DNA of 64,000 bases from assembly GCA_903828695.1 (NCBI GenBank), contig CAIKNE010000039.1, forward strand, positions 14,191 through 78,190. The letters run 5' to 3'. The position numbers were made by a program, and so were the translations under genes. Each line of letters opens with the position of its first letter. The stretch's first letter is position 1. This document shows, piece by piece, positions 19,141-28,700 of this stretch. The notes beneath the pieces are model-generated. The model made no database searches and was not told the origin of the DNA. It saw nothing but the letters and a program-made list of their open reading frames with translations. This DNA is from an uncultured Burkholderiales bacterium (GTDB lineage: Bacteria; Pseudomonadota; Gammaproteobacteria; Burkholderiales; Burkholderiaceae_C).

Positions 19141-19932
19141 CTACAAACTAGGGGTAATGGCCTTAGTCGGTGGGCGAGGCTTTGAGTGAAAGCGAACTTT
19201 CTTGAACCAAAGTTTTAAAGCCTGCCAGTGAATTCTATAAACCACCATCAGTGTCATGAGCGGGTAATGGAGCAATGCTCTGCGCCGACTCGAACGGCTT
19301 AAAGCCTCTAGCGTGCCACTGACACTGGTATGGATCAACAATCCATCGCTATCCTCATAATCGATTCGAACTACGGTTCGGGCTGGTTTTAAAGGCAAGG
19401 AGGCTGTGCGCAAAAAGCGGAAACGGTATTGGCCCTGGATTTCACAAAAGGGAGAAACATGAAACTCTTTATGTGCAACCAAATCACGTGCATATGCGGG
19501 TTGCTTAATCAAATAAAAATGACGCTCACCAAAGGTGTTGTTGACCTCAGCCACTATGACCCTTAGATCTCCATTAGATGCATGGCCATACCAAAAACTC
19601 ACAGGTTTAAATGCGAACCCCCAAACCCGCGGATACGTGTGCAGCCATACTTCCCCGTCGACCTCCTCGATTCCCTCACTCTTGATTAGATCAGTAAACC
19701 ATCCTAGACTCCCCCCTTGTTCGGGAGTCCGGGCGTCGCCGTGATCAATGTCATAAAAGCTTAAAGCTCCTTTGGAGTTCCAACCTAATACACTTTTAAG
19801 CTCGCCAACGCGCTCGGGTTGACGCAGTGAGCGCATGGGAAGTAAGAGAAAAAACGTAGAGTAAGTAAAAGAATTACGACGAGGTCGAAACCTTTGATGG
19901 TGAACTTGGCCAAAGCCGATCTCTACCTTCAC
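19141..19932 (-). CDS. DUF1365 family protein (UfaO-like)
   Basis: HQRFRP, PRVWGFAFKPVSFW, AEVNNTFGERH, KEFHVSPF, IHWQALKLW. Confidence 0.9.
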   Translation of the reverse strand: MKVEIGFGQVHHQRFRPRRNSFTYSTFFLLLPMRSLRQPERVGELKSVLGWNSKGALSFYDIDHGDARTPEQGGSLGWFTDLIKSEGIEEVDGEVWLHTYPRVWGFAFKPVSFWYGHASNGDLRVIVAEVNNTFGERHFYLIKQPAYARDLVAHKEFHVSPFCEIQGQYRFRFLRTASLPLKPARTVVRIDYEDSDGLLIHTSVSGTLEALSRSSRRRALLHYPLMTLMVVYRIHWQALKLWFKKVRFHSKPRPPTKAITPSL

Positions 19933-21269
19933 GCGTTGATACCCGGGGTAAACAAAGAGGCCAATACGCTCTTTGCTGCAGCCTCCCCTGATTTTAGTCC
20001 GTCTTCATGAAATCCGTACCCAAGCCATGCGCCTGCGTACCACGTATTCAAACTTCCCTGAATGGTATGAATCTGGTTTTGAGCTTTGACGGTAGATAAG
20101 TCAAAAATTGGGTGCGAATAGTTAAATGTTGCAGTAATTTTGGATGGATCGATGTCACGTATTGGGTTTAAAGAAACCACAATGGGCTCAATAAAAGGTG
20201 TGGGTTGGAGCTTGTTTAAATAATAGTGAAGACAGACACTACCCCCACCATTTTCCTTACTCTGTTGAACATCTTGGGACGCAGAGAGTAGATTTGAACT
20301 CTCAAAATTCCATGCAGCCCAAGCTAGTTTTTTCGACGGAAGTATCTTTTCGTCTTTATGGAGCACTGCAAGGTTATCTTTAAACTTAAAAGCGCCAAGC
20401 TTACTCGATTCCTCATTGGTTGGGGCGTCAAGCATTTTTAGAGCCTGGTCTGCATGGGTCGAAATAATAAGCCTTTCAAACTCCTCTTCTCCGCGGGAAG
20501 AGGTGATTATGATGGAATTTGCGTTGCGTTTAATACCCAAAACCGGCGTGTTCAAATAGGCTCGCTTTAATTGACTAACGATAGCAGATACATACTGCTT
20601 AGCCCCCCCAGCAACGGTGAACCATTTAGGACGATTGGTCACCTGAAGAAGACCATGGTTGTGACAAAAGCGGATCATTGTTGCAAGAGGAAAAGCAAGC
20701 ATTTGATCGGGAGGGCAACTCCAAATGCATCCCAACATCGGAAGTAAGTACCAATTGATGAATTGAGAATTAAATTGGTGATGTTTCAAAAAGTCATTAA
20801 GAGGCACCTCCATTTCTAAAGAATGGGGGGCTTGAGCAAGTTGAGTGGTCATGCGGTTAAACCGCAGGATATCTTTTAGCATTGCTAGAAATGAGGGGCT
20901 GAGCACATTCTCTCGCTGCGCAAATACAGTATTTAAAGATGAGCCACTCCACTCTAAAGTGGAAGTACTAGTCCTTGGGGCCTGCACTGAAAAGGACATA
21001 TCCGAATAGGCAGTTGGAATACTGAGCTCTTTGAAGAGAGAAATAAGTTTGGGATAGGTGCGTTCGTTGAACACTAAAAATCCTGTGTCCACTGGGTAGC
21101 TTTGCATGCCGTGAGAAGTTTCGCCCTCAATGTCTACGGTGTGTGTATGGCCACCAAAATAATCATTGGCCTCGAATAAAGTGACCTCCACATCAGGATG
21201 TTTGTTCAAGTAATAAGCTGCGCTGAGTCCGGAGATACCGGATCCGATAATGGCAATTCGGTGAGTCAT
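19929..21269 (-). CDS. FAD/NAD(P)-binding oxidoreductase (UfaD-like)
   Basis: IAIIGSGISGL, GGHTHT, DTGFLVFNERTYP, FCHNHGLLQ, GAWLGYGFHEDG. Confidence 0.9.
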   Translation of the reverse strand: MTHRIAIIGSGISGLSAAYYLNKHPDVEVTLFEANDYFGGHTHTVDIEGETSHGMQSYPVDTGFLVFNERTYPKLISLFKELSIPTAYSDMSFSVQAPRTSTSTLEWSGSSLNTVFAQRENVLSPSFLAMLKDILRFNRMTTQLAQAPHSLEMEVPLNDFLKHHQFNSQFINWYLLPMLGCIWSCPPDQMLAFPLATMIRFCHNHGLLQVTNRPKWFTVAGGAKQYVSAIVSQLKRAYLNTPVLGIKRNANSIIITSSRGEEEFERLIISTHADQALKMLDAPTNEESSKLGAFKFKDNLAVLHKDEKILPSKKLAWAAWNFESSNLLSASQDVQQSKENGGGSVCLHYYLNKLQPTPFIEPIVVSLNPIRDIDPSKITATFNYSHPIFDLSTVKAQNQIHTIQGSLNTWYAGAWLGYGFHEDGLKSGEAAAKSVLASLFTPGINA

Positions 21270-21372
21270 AGTGGAGTCGAAAAATATAAATATAAATGAA
21301 CCCGTGCAATTCGGGCTCGTGATAATTTAGATCAATAATGTATTGACTGGAGCAATACACTCAATTTGTTTT

Positions 21373-22050
21373 TTAGGGGGCTTTAATGGCTAACTGTTTT
21401 TCAAGCTCGGCGATAAACCCCTTGTCTTCAGGTGCTGTCAGGCTGTTAAAGCTTTTAATGGTTTGACCGTCTCGACTGATTAAATATTTATAAAAATTCC
21501 ATTTGGGTGCAGTTTGAGTCCTTTGGGCAAGTTGTTTAAACAGTGCAGAAGCGGAAGCGCCTTTAACTGAAGTTTTCACAAACATAGGAAACTTGACCCC
21601 GAAAGTGTTCTCACAAAAATCCGCGATTTGACTGTTTTTATCAGGCTCTTGGGAGAAGTCGTTGGATGGAAATCCGAGAACCACCAGTCCCTTTGATTTG
21701 TATTGATCGTACAAGGCCTCAAGTCCTTTGTATTGAGGTGTAAATCCACAGTAACTAGCGGTGTTGACAATCAGTACGACTTGCCCAGTGTATTGACACA
21801 AGGGGATGGGTTTCTCGTCCTGGAGTCTAGCTACTGTGTATTGCAAAATAGCCGGACATGCAGATGCAGAGGCGGGAGCTTGACTTGAACCTGTATTTTG
21901 CGACAAAGATTGGGGCTGAGAATTGGGCTTTGAGTCTTCCGATACGGTGGCGGCCCAAGCCGCCGGCCCAAGCGGCAGGATTAAAAGTAAACCAGTTAAA
22001 ACGGATGACTGAATTGTCAGTAGGAGCTTGGATTGAAGAGTTTGGATCAT
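21373..22050 (-). CDS. Glutathione peroxidase family protein with N-terminal signal peptide
   Basis: VNTASYCGFTPQY, LGFPSNDF, PKWNFYKYL. Confidence 0.92.
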   Translation of the reverse strand: MIQTLQSKLLLTIQSSVLTGLLLILPLGPAAWAATVSEDSKPNSQPQSLSQNTGSSQAPASASACPAILQYTVARLQDEKPIPLCQYTGQVVLIVNTASYCGFTPQYKGLEALYDQYKSKGLVVLGFPSNDFSQEPDKNSQIADFCENTFGVKFPMFVKTSVKGASASALFKQLAQRTQTAPKWNFYKYLISRDGQTIKSFNSLTAPEDKGFIAELEKQLAIKAP

Positions 22051-22290
22051 GAAATTAAGCTCAGGTATGTTGAAGAGTGGTTTTTACCGTGGACAACAGA
22101 TTTGCGACTTATGATTGCAAAATCAGGATCTTTTGCCTGTATAGGCTCTAAAATCAACATGTTTTGAGAGATATACAGTCATGGGCACTTACTAAACCTA
22201 AACAGGTGCACTTAATTATGGCCTAATTTGTAAATTTTGGTTATTCCTCTGACAAACCACTTATTCTTGCCCTTCGCAACCTACTTCGCC

Positions 22291-22779
22291 GTGAATTCTC
22301 TAAATTTTTTAAACAAAATCGTAGCTCGCGACTCGCTCCCAGAGTCCTTAAAGAGGCTTAGAGCATTAGGCCCCGTTGTTTTTACCAACGGAGTCTTTGA
22401 TGTCTTGCATAAGGGACACGTTACCTATCTTGCCCAGGCCCGCGAGGAGGGTGCAAGCCTAGTGCTCGGACTCAACAGCGACCGATCGGCCGCGCGCCTA
22501 GGAAAAGGGCCCGATAGACCGCTCAACAAGCAAGATGACCGAGCCACTGTGTTAGCAGCACTTGAATCCGTTAGTTTGGTGACTTATTTTGATGAAGACA
22601 CACCCCTGGAGTTGATTCAAGTAATAAGGCCAGACATTTTGGTTAAGGGTGGAGATTACGATATGGAAAAGCTAAAAGAGGCACAGTTTGTTCGCTCTTA
22701 CGGCGGGGCAGCCAAAGCCTTAACGTTTGTAACGGGATACTCAACGACTCAGTTGGTGCAAAAAATTCGAGCGTTCTAA
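22291..22779 (+). CDS. rfaE2: D-glycero-beta-D-manno-heptose 1-phosphate adenylyltransferase
   Basis: VVFTNGVFDVLHKGH, LNSDRS, KGGDY, YSTT. Start uncertain (GTG 22291 or TTG 22237). Confidence 0.9.
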   Translation: MNSLNFLNKIVARDSLPESLKRLRALGPVVFTNGVFDVLHKGHVTYLAQAREEGASLVLGLNSDRSAARLGKGPDRPLNKQDDRATVLAALESVSLVTYFDEDTPLELIQVIRPDILVKGGDYDMEKLKEAQFVRSYGGAAKALTFVTGYSTTQLVQKIRAF

Positions 22780-22835
22780 ACTAAATCCAATTTAAGAAGC
22801 CGCGTACCTCTTGAAAACCTAAGAAGTGAGTATTG

Positions 22836-25583
22836 TTAGCGGTCAAATATAGCTTTCCAAAGTTTTAGAACGCATTGGGAATCTTGGGCAAAAGTATCCG
22901 TGTCGAACTTCAAATTACGATCATCAAGCCTTGCTAGATGTTGTGCATGGCGATAGTTCTTATATGCATTGATACAGCGATTCGCAAGTTCGGCAGAGAT
23001 TAATCCTAGAGTACTGGCGGTATTGAGAAGTGCAATATTTCCTGTATTTTCAGTTAATTGAGGAAATTTGCAACTGTAGGCTAATACTAAAAACTGAACA
23101 ACAAACTCTACATCAATCATTCCCCCTGGACTGTATTTCAAATCAAATTGATTGGCTTTAACAGGATGCGCTTGAATTAATTTGTTGCGCATGCTAATAA
23201 CCTCTGCGCTAAGCGAGTCTAAATCCCTCTTTGTGGTGAGAACCTGAGTACGGATTTGGTTGAATCGATGGGTAAACGCATCACTGCCTAAGACGACCCG
23301 CGCTCTTGTCATGGCTTGGTGTTCCCAAAGCCAAGCTACGTTTGCGCCTCTTTGCAACTGATAATTTTCGAAACCGTCAAAATGCGTTACCAAAAGTCCA
23401 GAGTTTCCGTTGGGTCTAAGGGCTGTATCGATTTCGTAGAGATCGCCGGAAATGGTTTTAACGGATAGCCAATGAATAATTTTGCGTGCGAACAATGCGT
23501 AAATTTCAGCTGCGTTTGGGTGAGGATCGTCGTAGATAAAAACGATATCTAGATCGCTTCCGTAACCTAATTCTTTGCCTCCTAATTTGCCGTATCCGAC
23601 AATACCAAATGAGGGGGTTGGTGTGTGTGGGTTTTTGATGCGCCTCCATACGACCTGTGCTGTGATGTGGATGACGCTATCGGCCAAAGCGCTTAAATCA
23701 TCGGCTAATTCTTGCATGCTCAGTTTGCCGCATAGGTCGCGAGCTAGGCATAGAAAAAACTCTGACTGATGCGCCCTGCGCATCAAGTTTAAAACAGCTT
23801 CTTCGTCCCTCAGATCAGCTGCTTCCAATGCGTCGATACGTTGGATTAGCGTTGCTTCAAAATTCGCTGGGTTAAATCTTTGTAGAAGTATTTCAGAATC
23901 AGCTAAATCGTCAATTACCCCGGGATGCTGATTCAAATAAAGACTTGCCCAGCGCGACGCTCCAAGTATGTAGATCAAGTTGCTATGAATAGCGGGACGT
24001 TCAATTAAAAGTGATAAGTAGTTTTCTCGTCTAAGCAACAACTCCATCCAATCGCACCACCTGAGCGCGCCGGTGTCTTTGGACGGGTCTTGCGCAACCC
24101 AAAGTGCGGTTTGTTGTACCAATCTCAACAGTTTCGCCTGTGAAGTATCTTTAAGGTTTTGAGCTCTTGGGCTACTCAAGAGGCTTTGAACGCGCGTTCT
24201 AAGTGTTGAGTGATTCGGTATCAAATCACCTAGATCGAGCTGCTCAAGCAAGGAGCTGGACAGGCTAGGTGTTGATTCTTTAAGTATTCGAGCGGCGTCA
24301 TTGTGCTTGGACTCCTGTTCAGATGTGCCTAATAAAGAGTTGAACTCGGAACTAACTGCCGATCGGTGTAGCTCAAGCGAACACAGTAATTCCTCTGTGT
24401 AGGTAAAACCCATGGAATTCGAAAGCCAAAGAAGATCCAATGAGTTGCTGGGTAGTAAATGAGTTTGTTGATCGTCTAAGTACTGTATTCTGTGCTCAAG
24501 TCGCCTAAGAAAAGTATAAGCATTTTTGAGAAGCGTGGCGCTCTCTAAGCTCATTTGACGTGTTTGGACTAATAATTCGATTGCAACAAGTGTTGGCCTA
24601 ACGCGCAACTCTGGAAACTGACCGCCTCTAACGACTTGTAAAAGTTGTGTGAAGAATTCGATTTCACGAATGCCTCCTTTGCCCAGTTTGATATCGTTCA
24701 GTCTCTCAGGGCGTCCCAGTGCGAGTTTTATCGCTTGGGTTCTAATTTGTTGGTGTAAGTGCCTAAGTGAGTCAAAAACCTGGTAATCCAGGTATTTTCG
24801 GTACACAAAGGGCGTAACGATTTGAGAGAGCTCACGTGGTAGTGCAGTATGTGAAATGGGAGCTACAACGCGGCTTTTGAGCCAAGCAAAGCGCTCCCAT
24901 TCTCGACCTTGACTTTGTAGGTATTCCTCTAAGGCCTCTAAACACATAGCGCTTGGGCCTGACATGCCGTTGGGCCTGAGAGCCAAATCAATTCTAAAGA
25001 CTCGTCCGTGCTCCGTCACCGTGTCGAGCAAACGCTGAATTTGGTGAACCAGCTTGGTATAAAACTCCTGATTGGTGATGCCAGTCTTACCCTGTGCGAA
25101 CTGAGTCTCCCCTTCTTGATCGTAGATATAAATCAGATCAATATCACTTGACACGTTGAGCTCTGAGGCGCCCAGCTTGCCCATCCCGATAATCCAAAAA
25201 GTAGTTGGATGGTCCGAGTTGGACCTGGGTGTCCCGTATTTAAGCGAAAGCTCCTCAAAAGCAATTTCATACGCTTTTGTAAGGGCCCATTCAGCAAGAA
25301 CGGTCATCATCTGCGTCACTTCTGCTAGTTCGACCTGTTGCTCGCAGTCCAAAGTCGCAATTCGTTCGAGGGCTAACTGTCGAAGAACCCTTAAAGCGTC
25401 TCCCGGTTGAGCAAAGTCAACAGATAAAGCAAGATATGATCGATTTAAAATCTCATGTGTGAACGGTCCAGGTTCAAGTTTGTCCGATAATGGAGCGTAA
25501 CGGGCTCGCACACGTTTGACGAATCTTGAGTATTCAGCTCCTGATAGATTAGGTAAAGTTTCAGGATGTTTAAGATTAGACAT
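22836..25583 (-). CDS. glnE: Bifunctional glutamine synthetase adenylyltransferase/removing enzyme
   Basis: Two nucleotidyltransferase motifs (GMGKLGASELNVSSDIDL and GYGKLGGKELGYGSDLDI); WERFAWLK. Confidence 0.96.
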   Translation of the reverse strand: MSNLKHPETLPNLSGAEYSRFVKRVRARYAPLSDKLEPGPFTHEILNRSYLALSVDFAQPGDALRVLRQLALERIATLDCEQQVELAEVTQMMTVLAEWALTKAYEIAFEELSLKYGTPRSNSDHPTTFWIIGMGKLGASELNVSSDIDLIYIYDQEGETQFAQGKTGITNQEFYTKLVHQIQRLLDTVTEHGRVFRIDLALRPNGMSGPSAMCLEALEEYLQSQGREWERFAWLKSRVVAPISHTALPRELSQIVTPFVYRKYLDYQVFDSLRHLHQQIRTQAIKLALGRPERLNDIKLGKGGIREIEFFTQLLQVVRGGQFPELRVRPTLVAIELLVQTRQMSLESATLLKNAYTFLRRLEHRIQYLDDQQTHLLPSNSLDLLWLSNSMGFTYTEELLCSLELHRSAVSSEFNSLLGTSEQESKHNDAARILKESTPSLSSSLLEQLDLGDLIPNHSTLRTRVQSLLSSPRAQNLKDTSQAKLLRLVQQTALWVAQDPSKDTGALRWCDWMELLLRRENYLSLLIERPAIHSNLIYILGASRWASLYLNQHPGVIDDLADSEILLQRFNPANFEATLIQRIDALEAADLRDEEAVLNLMRRAHQSEFFLCLARDLCGKLSMQELADDLSALADSVIHITAQVVWRRIKNPHTPTPSFGIVGYGKLGGKELGYGSDLDIVFIYDDPHPNAAEIYALFARKIIHWLSVKTISGDLYEIDTALRPNGNSGLLVTHFDGFENYQLQRGANVAWLWEHQAMTRARVVLGSDAFTHRFNQIRTQVLTTKRDLDSLSAEVISMRNKLIQAHPVKANQFDLKYSPGGMIDVEFVVQFLVLAYSCKFPQLTENTGNIALLNTASTLGLISAELANRCINAYKNYRHAQHLARLDDRNLKFDTDTFAQDSQCVLKLWKAIFDR

Positions 25584-25706
25584 GTTAAATCATTGGACAA
25601 AATTTGATAATGCTCTTTAAAACAGATTTCCGTGGGCTCTTGCAGTGATTGTCCCGTTTGCTTAGAAAATCAATGTGCTGTGTTTAAAAAGGTCTCTAAC
25701 CTCATT

Positions 25707-28700
25707 ATGAATCCAGTTGAGAGACTGGTGTGGTCAAAAAGATTGGCCAACGCAATTATCGTTGCCGTTGTCGGCGCAAGCTTGCTTGTAACTTTATCGG
25801 TAGCACTTTTGAATTGGGTAGTGGTTCCCCGTGTTTCGGATTGGCGCTCAGACATAGAGCGGATAAGTAGCGAGTACTTGGGAAGTGAAGTCCGAATCGA
25901 TCAGATTGAAGTCGATACTAGCCGAATAATTCCCTCATTTCAGATAGTGGGTTTAAACATCCAATCTGTTAATGAACGTGCAGAGGCAGAAAATTTATCG
26001 TTGCCCATCATTAAACTAGATTTGTCCTTAAGATCTATTTTGAGTCTCTCATTTGATCAAATAGTTTTGGATAATCCGGTGTTTTCTGTTGTCAAAAACC
26101 AGCAAGGTCAAATCCGAGTTGCTGGGTTATCCTCAAGCTCAAGGGCGAGTGGCAAGGGTTTGGATTGGTTTTTTTCTCAACCTAATGTTCAAGTCCGTCA
26201 TGCTACAGCGCTGTGGCTTGACGAGGGACTCTCCAAAGAAGCAACTCAGTTTAGTGATTTGGAGGTTTATTTCATTAACGGTTTGAAGTCGCATGATTTT
26301 CGACTAGAAGCCACCCCACCCAAGGAAATAGGGGAACGCTTTAGCCTTCAAGCCAATTTTAAAGAATCCTTGCTTTCTACTCATGCGGGTGATTTTAATG
26401 ACTGGAGTGGAACAAGTTTAGTTAATTTCCCGCACATAGATATCTCTTTGATTGATGATTATTTACCCAAGCATTCGACATGGGAGATACAAGAAGGTTC
26501 GGGTTGGTTAAGAATTTGGTCGCAAGTTCACAAAGGAAAAATTGCTCAGATCACCACGGATGTTAACTTTCCGAATTTGAGCGGGTACTTTAGTGCACGT
26601 GACGTCAAAAACCAAAAGATTCAGCTAAAGGAACTGAATGGTCGCTTCCAGTTGAGCTTAAAAGAGTTGATGTCTGAATTCAAAACGCAAGACCTAAGTT
26701 TTGTATCCAATGACGGTAATCGTTGGTCAGTGGGGCGAGTTTCACTCTCTTGGACGCCTCTACCCGGTTTAACTAAGGGTGCACCAGGTGCTTCAAATGG
26801 AGAACTTTTGATTCCTATGCAGTCGCCAGGTTCCGGAATTATTGAGGCGGATAAGGTTTCAATTAAGCCCATCATTAGTCAGTTAACTGCGCTTCCTATT
26901 GATGTTGACTTCGTGCGAAATTTGAAAAATATCGAATTGGCTGGAGACTTAAGCAGTTTTAAGATGGCTTGGGATTTTGATGGTCAAAAAGCGAGTGCTT
27001 ATAGTTTGCAGGGTCAATTGAGAGATTTTACGTTTGAGAGATTACAAAATGCAGATGAAAATTTCTTACGAGGATTGCCCGGTCTTCATAATGCAGCGAT
27101 TCAATTCGATTTCAATTCGCAAGGGGGCAATGCTAGTCTTGCTGTTGATAACGGGTCAATAACTCTAGCGAATTGGCTAGAGGAGCCTGTGGTTCCCTTA
27201 GTGCATGCAAGCGCAGATGTCCACTGGGCGTCTGATGCAAATTTGTTCAATTTAAAAATAAATAAAACGAACATTGTTACCGCAGATGCAAAGGGTGATT
27301 TCGAATTGAACTGGTCCATCCCCAAAAGAGCGCAGACGAATGGTACGGGTAACAATTCCATCATTGATTTGATCGTGACTGTACAGCAAGGCGATGCAAG
27401 TAGAGTTTATAGATATTTGCCTATGAAAATAGACGCTAGAGTACGTCAATATTTACAAAAATCAATTACCAAAGGCGCTATTAAAAATAGCACGCTAAAA
27501 ATTAAAGGGCCCCTAAACAAATTTCCCTTTGTAGACCCAAGCGAAGGCGAGTTTCATATCAGCTCACAAGTTGCAGATCTGACTTACCAGTATGCACCTA
27601 CCCAGGGATCAGACGCCAAATCACTCAGTTCCAACAAAGCCTGGCCCGAGCTTGCTCATTTGAATGGGGAATTGATCCTAGATAGAAAGAGCTTGTTTAT
27701 CAAAAAGGGCGCAACAAAATTAAGTTCGCCTCTTGCTCCTGGATTAGAGTGGTTTGATGTGAGTGCTGAAATTCAAGATCTGTCTAAGCCTACCGTCAAT
27801 ATCAAAGCGCGTGGCAAGGGTCCTTTAGGAGAGATGATCAAAGTCATCAACAACAGCGCAATTGGGGACCTCTTAGACAATAGTTTGGTAAAGGCAGAAT
27901 CCAGCGGTCCTTCAGATTCTGAATATGCGTTGAATTTAAGCTTGCCTTTAAATGATTTGGTTCATGCAAAGGTAAACGGCTCCCTAGGATTCTCCAATAA
28001 CGATTTAACTTTTGTACCTGGCTTGCCTAATTTGAACCGTGTTCGCGGTTCTTTAAGCTTTGATGAGTCCGGCTTCACTTTGTCTGGCGTGAAGGCCCGA
28101 ATATTGGGGTCAGATGCAAGGGTGGAGGGTGGCTTGAAGTTTACCAGCGATAAATTTGAATCTACAGCGATCAAAATACAAGGAGCCGTGACTGCTGAAG
28201 GTTTACGACAGGCCAAGGAGATGACGGTTATGGCAAAAGTTGGGCGTTACTTGTCTGGCCAAACCAACTACCTAGCCTCCCTAACTTTTAAGCAAGGGCA
28301 ATTAGACTTTGAACTCAACTCGACTTTGCAAGGACTATCCAGCCAACTTCCTGTTCCCTTGGCAAAGAAAGCCGAGACTGTTTGGCCACTGAAAATTAGT
28401 GCTATTCTTTCGGCGCAGTCACCCGCAAGTACTAAAGGTAGTGTAAATTTAACGCCCCCTTTGCCCTTGCGAACCCTAAAAACAACCCTCACTTTGGGCC
28501 AAATAGGGCTGGCTAATTTAGTCACGGATTTCACACCTCTTACAGTCAAGCCTGCCTCCTTAGGCGTTACATCGGCTACGCAGAGCAGGGGTTGGTTTGG
28601 AATTAACACGTCCTCTAGTATTTCCGCACCCAATAACCTAGATCCCGGTTATGTTGTCAGTCTAGAAGTTCCAAAACTCGATGCCGATGCTTGGGAGCGA

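Noticed and set aside
21373-22050. Selenocysteine in the glutathione peroxidase
   Set aside because: The active site is a Cys codon in an uninterrupted frame, with no in-frame TGA.
21270-22236. sigmaE(ChrR)-type promoter (recalled as TGATC-N18-CGTA) for the lipid cluster
   Set aside because: TGATC and AGATCC occur on the minus strand, but no correctly spaced CGTA follows.
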